Below, one piece after another: positions 60,517 through 61,658 of a stretch of 61,658 nucleotides of DNA. Numbering within the stretch: position 1 is the first letter of the stretch; each line of letters opens with the position of its first letter. Source of the DNA: Candidatus Bathyarchaeota archaeon (GTDB lineage Archaea; Thermoproteota; Bathyarchaeia; 40CM-2-53-6); the NCBI GenBank assembly GCA_005888755.1, contig VBBQ01000033.1, forward strand, positions 17,705 through 79,362, in the 5' to 3' direction. The notes under the pieces are model-generated. The model did not search any database. It was not told the DNA's origin and was given only the letters and a program-made list of their open reading frames with translations. The position numbers and the translations under genes were made by a program.

Positions 60517-60975
60517 CTAAGGCTGTTTCTTGGCCTCGGGGGCGGTCGTATGATCATCCAGCTCCTTCGCATGCGGCCGTGACCGAACGTGGCTGGCAGA
60601 AGGAGCAATGGGCCTAGGTCGACCTCGGATTAGTTGCGATTGGCTGTCGTTCTTGGAGGTTGACGCATTATCCCGATGAGCCTCGGTTGAGTCTTTTGCT
60701 GGATGACTTGCTTTCTTTTTGATAGAGGCCCCAGCGTCCCGCCCGATCTGGATTCTCCTGATTCTAACGTACAAGTAACCAGCAATTGACGCAGATGATA
60801 TTCCGAAAGCTACGCTGAGAGCAGGAACCAGTATTGGGGAGAGAGTGTTTACGTATATCTGGAAGTAGACGTTTGTCAGGTAGGTTATGTAAAGCGAGAG
60901 GGACAGAGACGTGATGATGGCTAGCTCTCCTATGATGATGAGCCAAGCTTTCTTCGGGAAGTTGCACCAGGTCAA
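60517..60975 (-). CDS. Hypothetical two-TM membrane protein with disordered C-terminal tail
   Basis: Two hydrophobic helices; a degraded paralogue near 57000 supports coding status. Confidence 0.7.
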   Translation of the reverse strand: MTWCNFPKKAWLIIIGELAIITSLSLSLYITYLTNVYFQIYVNTLSPILVPALSVAFGISSASIAGYLYVRIRRIQIGRDAGASIKKKASHPAKDSTEAHRDNASTSKNDSQSQLIRGRPRPIAPSASHVRSRPHAKELDDHTTAPEAKKQP

Positions 60976-61032
60976 GTAGCCCGTTTTTGAGACCTCCGGG
61001 ATAGTCTCATGAGAATTCGTTGTGCGCTGGGA

Positions 61033-61658
61033 TTAAGGCGAGGTGTTACTTGGCAGAGGGGACCCTGACGGTTGAGGCCCGCCAGATGGGAGACTTGAGG
61101 CTTGACCTGGTTGCTTGTGGTTGGCTACGATCGCCCTCACACCTTGAAGGACCCCTAGACCAAGGATCCCGATCATGACTGTATGGCCCAATGTTATCAG
61201 CGTCAAGGCTTTTCTTGAGAAAGCGAGGGCTGCGAGCGAAACGTAGTTGTCACCGGCAAACAGAAGGGTCAATGTAACGATAGAGACCATGGGGATAGCC
61301 AGATAGACAGATTCTCGGTGGGACTTGGTAACGAGCTTGTAGTCTCCGTTAAAATAGGCTAATACTAACACAATTCCAAGTGCCCCAAGCTCTAGAGCCG
61401 TGTCCGCGGGACTAGGCAGTCCCAGGTTTATTCCCAGTTGAAAATCCGACAGTGGATAGAGAGGCGGGATTGTTCCAACTACAGAGTCCGCGACGAGGTG
61501 AGAGAGAATCCCTGCTGAGAATGCTAGGCCCAGACCCTTGAATCTGATGACGAGAACTGCGCAGATGGGTAGCAGGATGATCAAAGAGTGGGTGTAGGTG
61601 TGGTGTTGAATCAGTGGTTTGAAGTAGATGTCAAAGTCGGGGAGAACTCCCGCCAGGA
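61033..61658 (-). CDS. Membrane-bound metal-dependent hydrolase (YdjM-like), start lies outside the window
   Basis: The frame stays open to the window edge: LAGVLPDFD...HHTYTHSL...SHLVAD. Confidence 0.85.
   Translation of the reverse strand, partial: LAGVLPDFDIYFKPLIQHHTYTHSLIILLPICAVLVIRFKGLGLAFSAGILSHLVADSVVGTIPPLYPLSDFQLGINLGLPSPADTALELGALGIVLVLAYFNGDYKLVTKSHRESVYLAIPMVSIVTLTLLFAGDNYVSLAALAFSRKALTLITLGHTVMIGILGLGVLQGVRAIVANHKQPGQASSLPSGGPQPSGSPLPSNTSP

Noticed and set aside
424-61584. Numerous antisense and alternate-frame ORFs of 60-180 aa overlapping assigned genes
   Set aside because: Shadow ORFs of well-supported CDSs with no independent motifs

Overview
Archaeal chromosomal segment, probably TACK/Thermoproteota (Bathyarchaeia-like; inferred from gene content only). 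It contains: an asnB-like gene (partial) and purB; a replication cluster rfcL-rfcS divergent from gins23-mcm-hel308, with four LAGLIDADG inteins in the two helicases; ino1, deoxyhypusine synthase, a DEAD-box helicase, a wHTH gene and cdc6/orc1; a small glycan-methylation cluster; a surface protein; a KaiC-like ATPase + pseudo-ATPase + membrane-anchored wHTH cassette; the L22-to-L30 ribosomal protein block and Hsp20; and a ~21 kb surface-glycan locus with several pseudogenes. The most notable signal is that the second Hel308 intein is broken by a +1 frame change just after its complete N-terminal splicing domain, with an overlapping ATG-initiated ORF carrying the rest. This is a candidate naturally split (trans-splicing) intein, but four other frame breaks in the window make an assembly error or deletion a real alternative. 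Other signals are parallel acidic-to-Lys changes in two intein endonucleases, an inverted ugd/galU duplication with reciprocal pseudogenisation, and a repeat-bearing intergenic region before the ribosomal operon. No tRNA, rRNA, CRISPR array or IS element was recognised.
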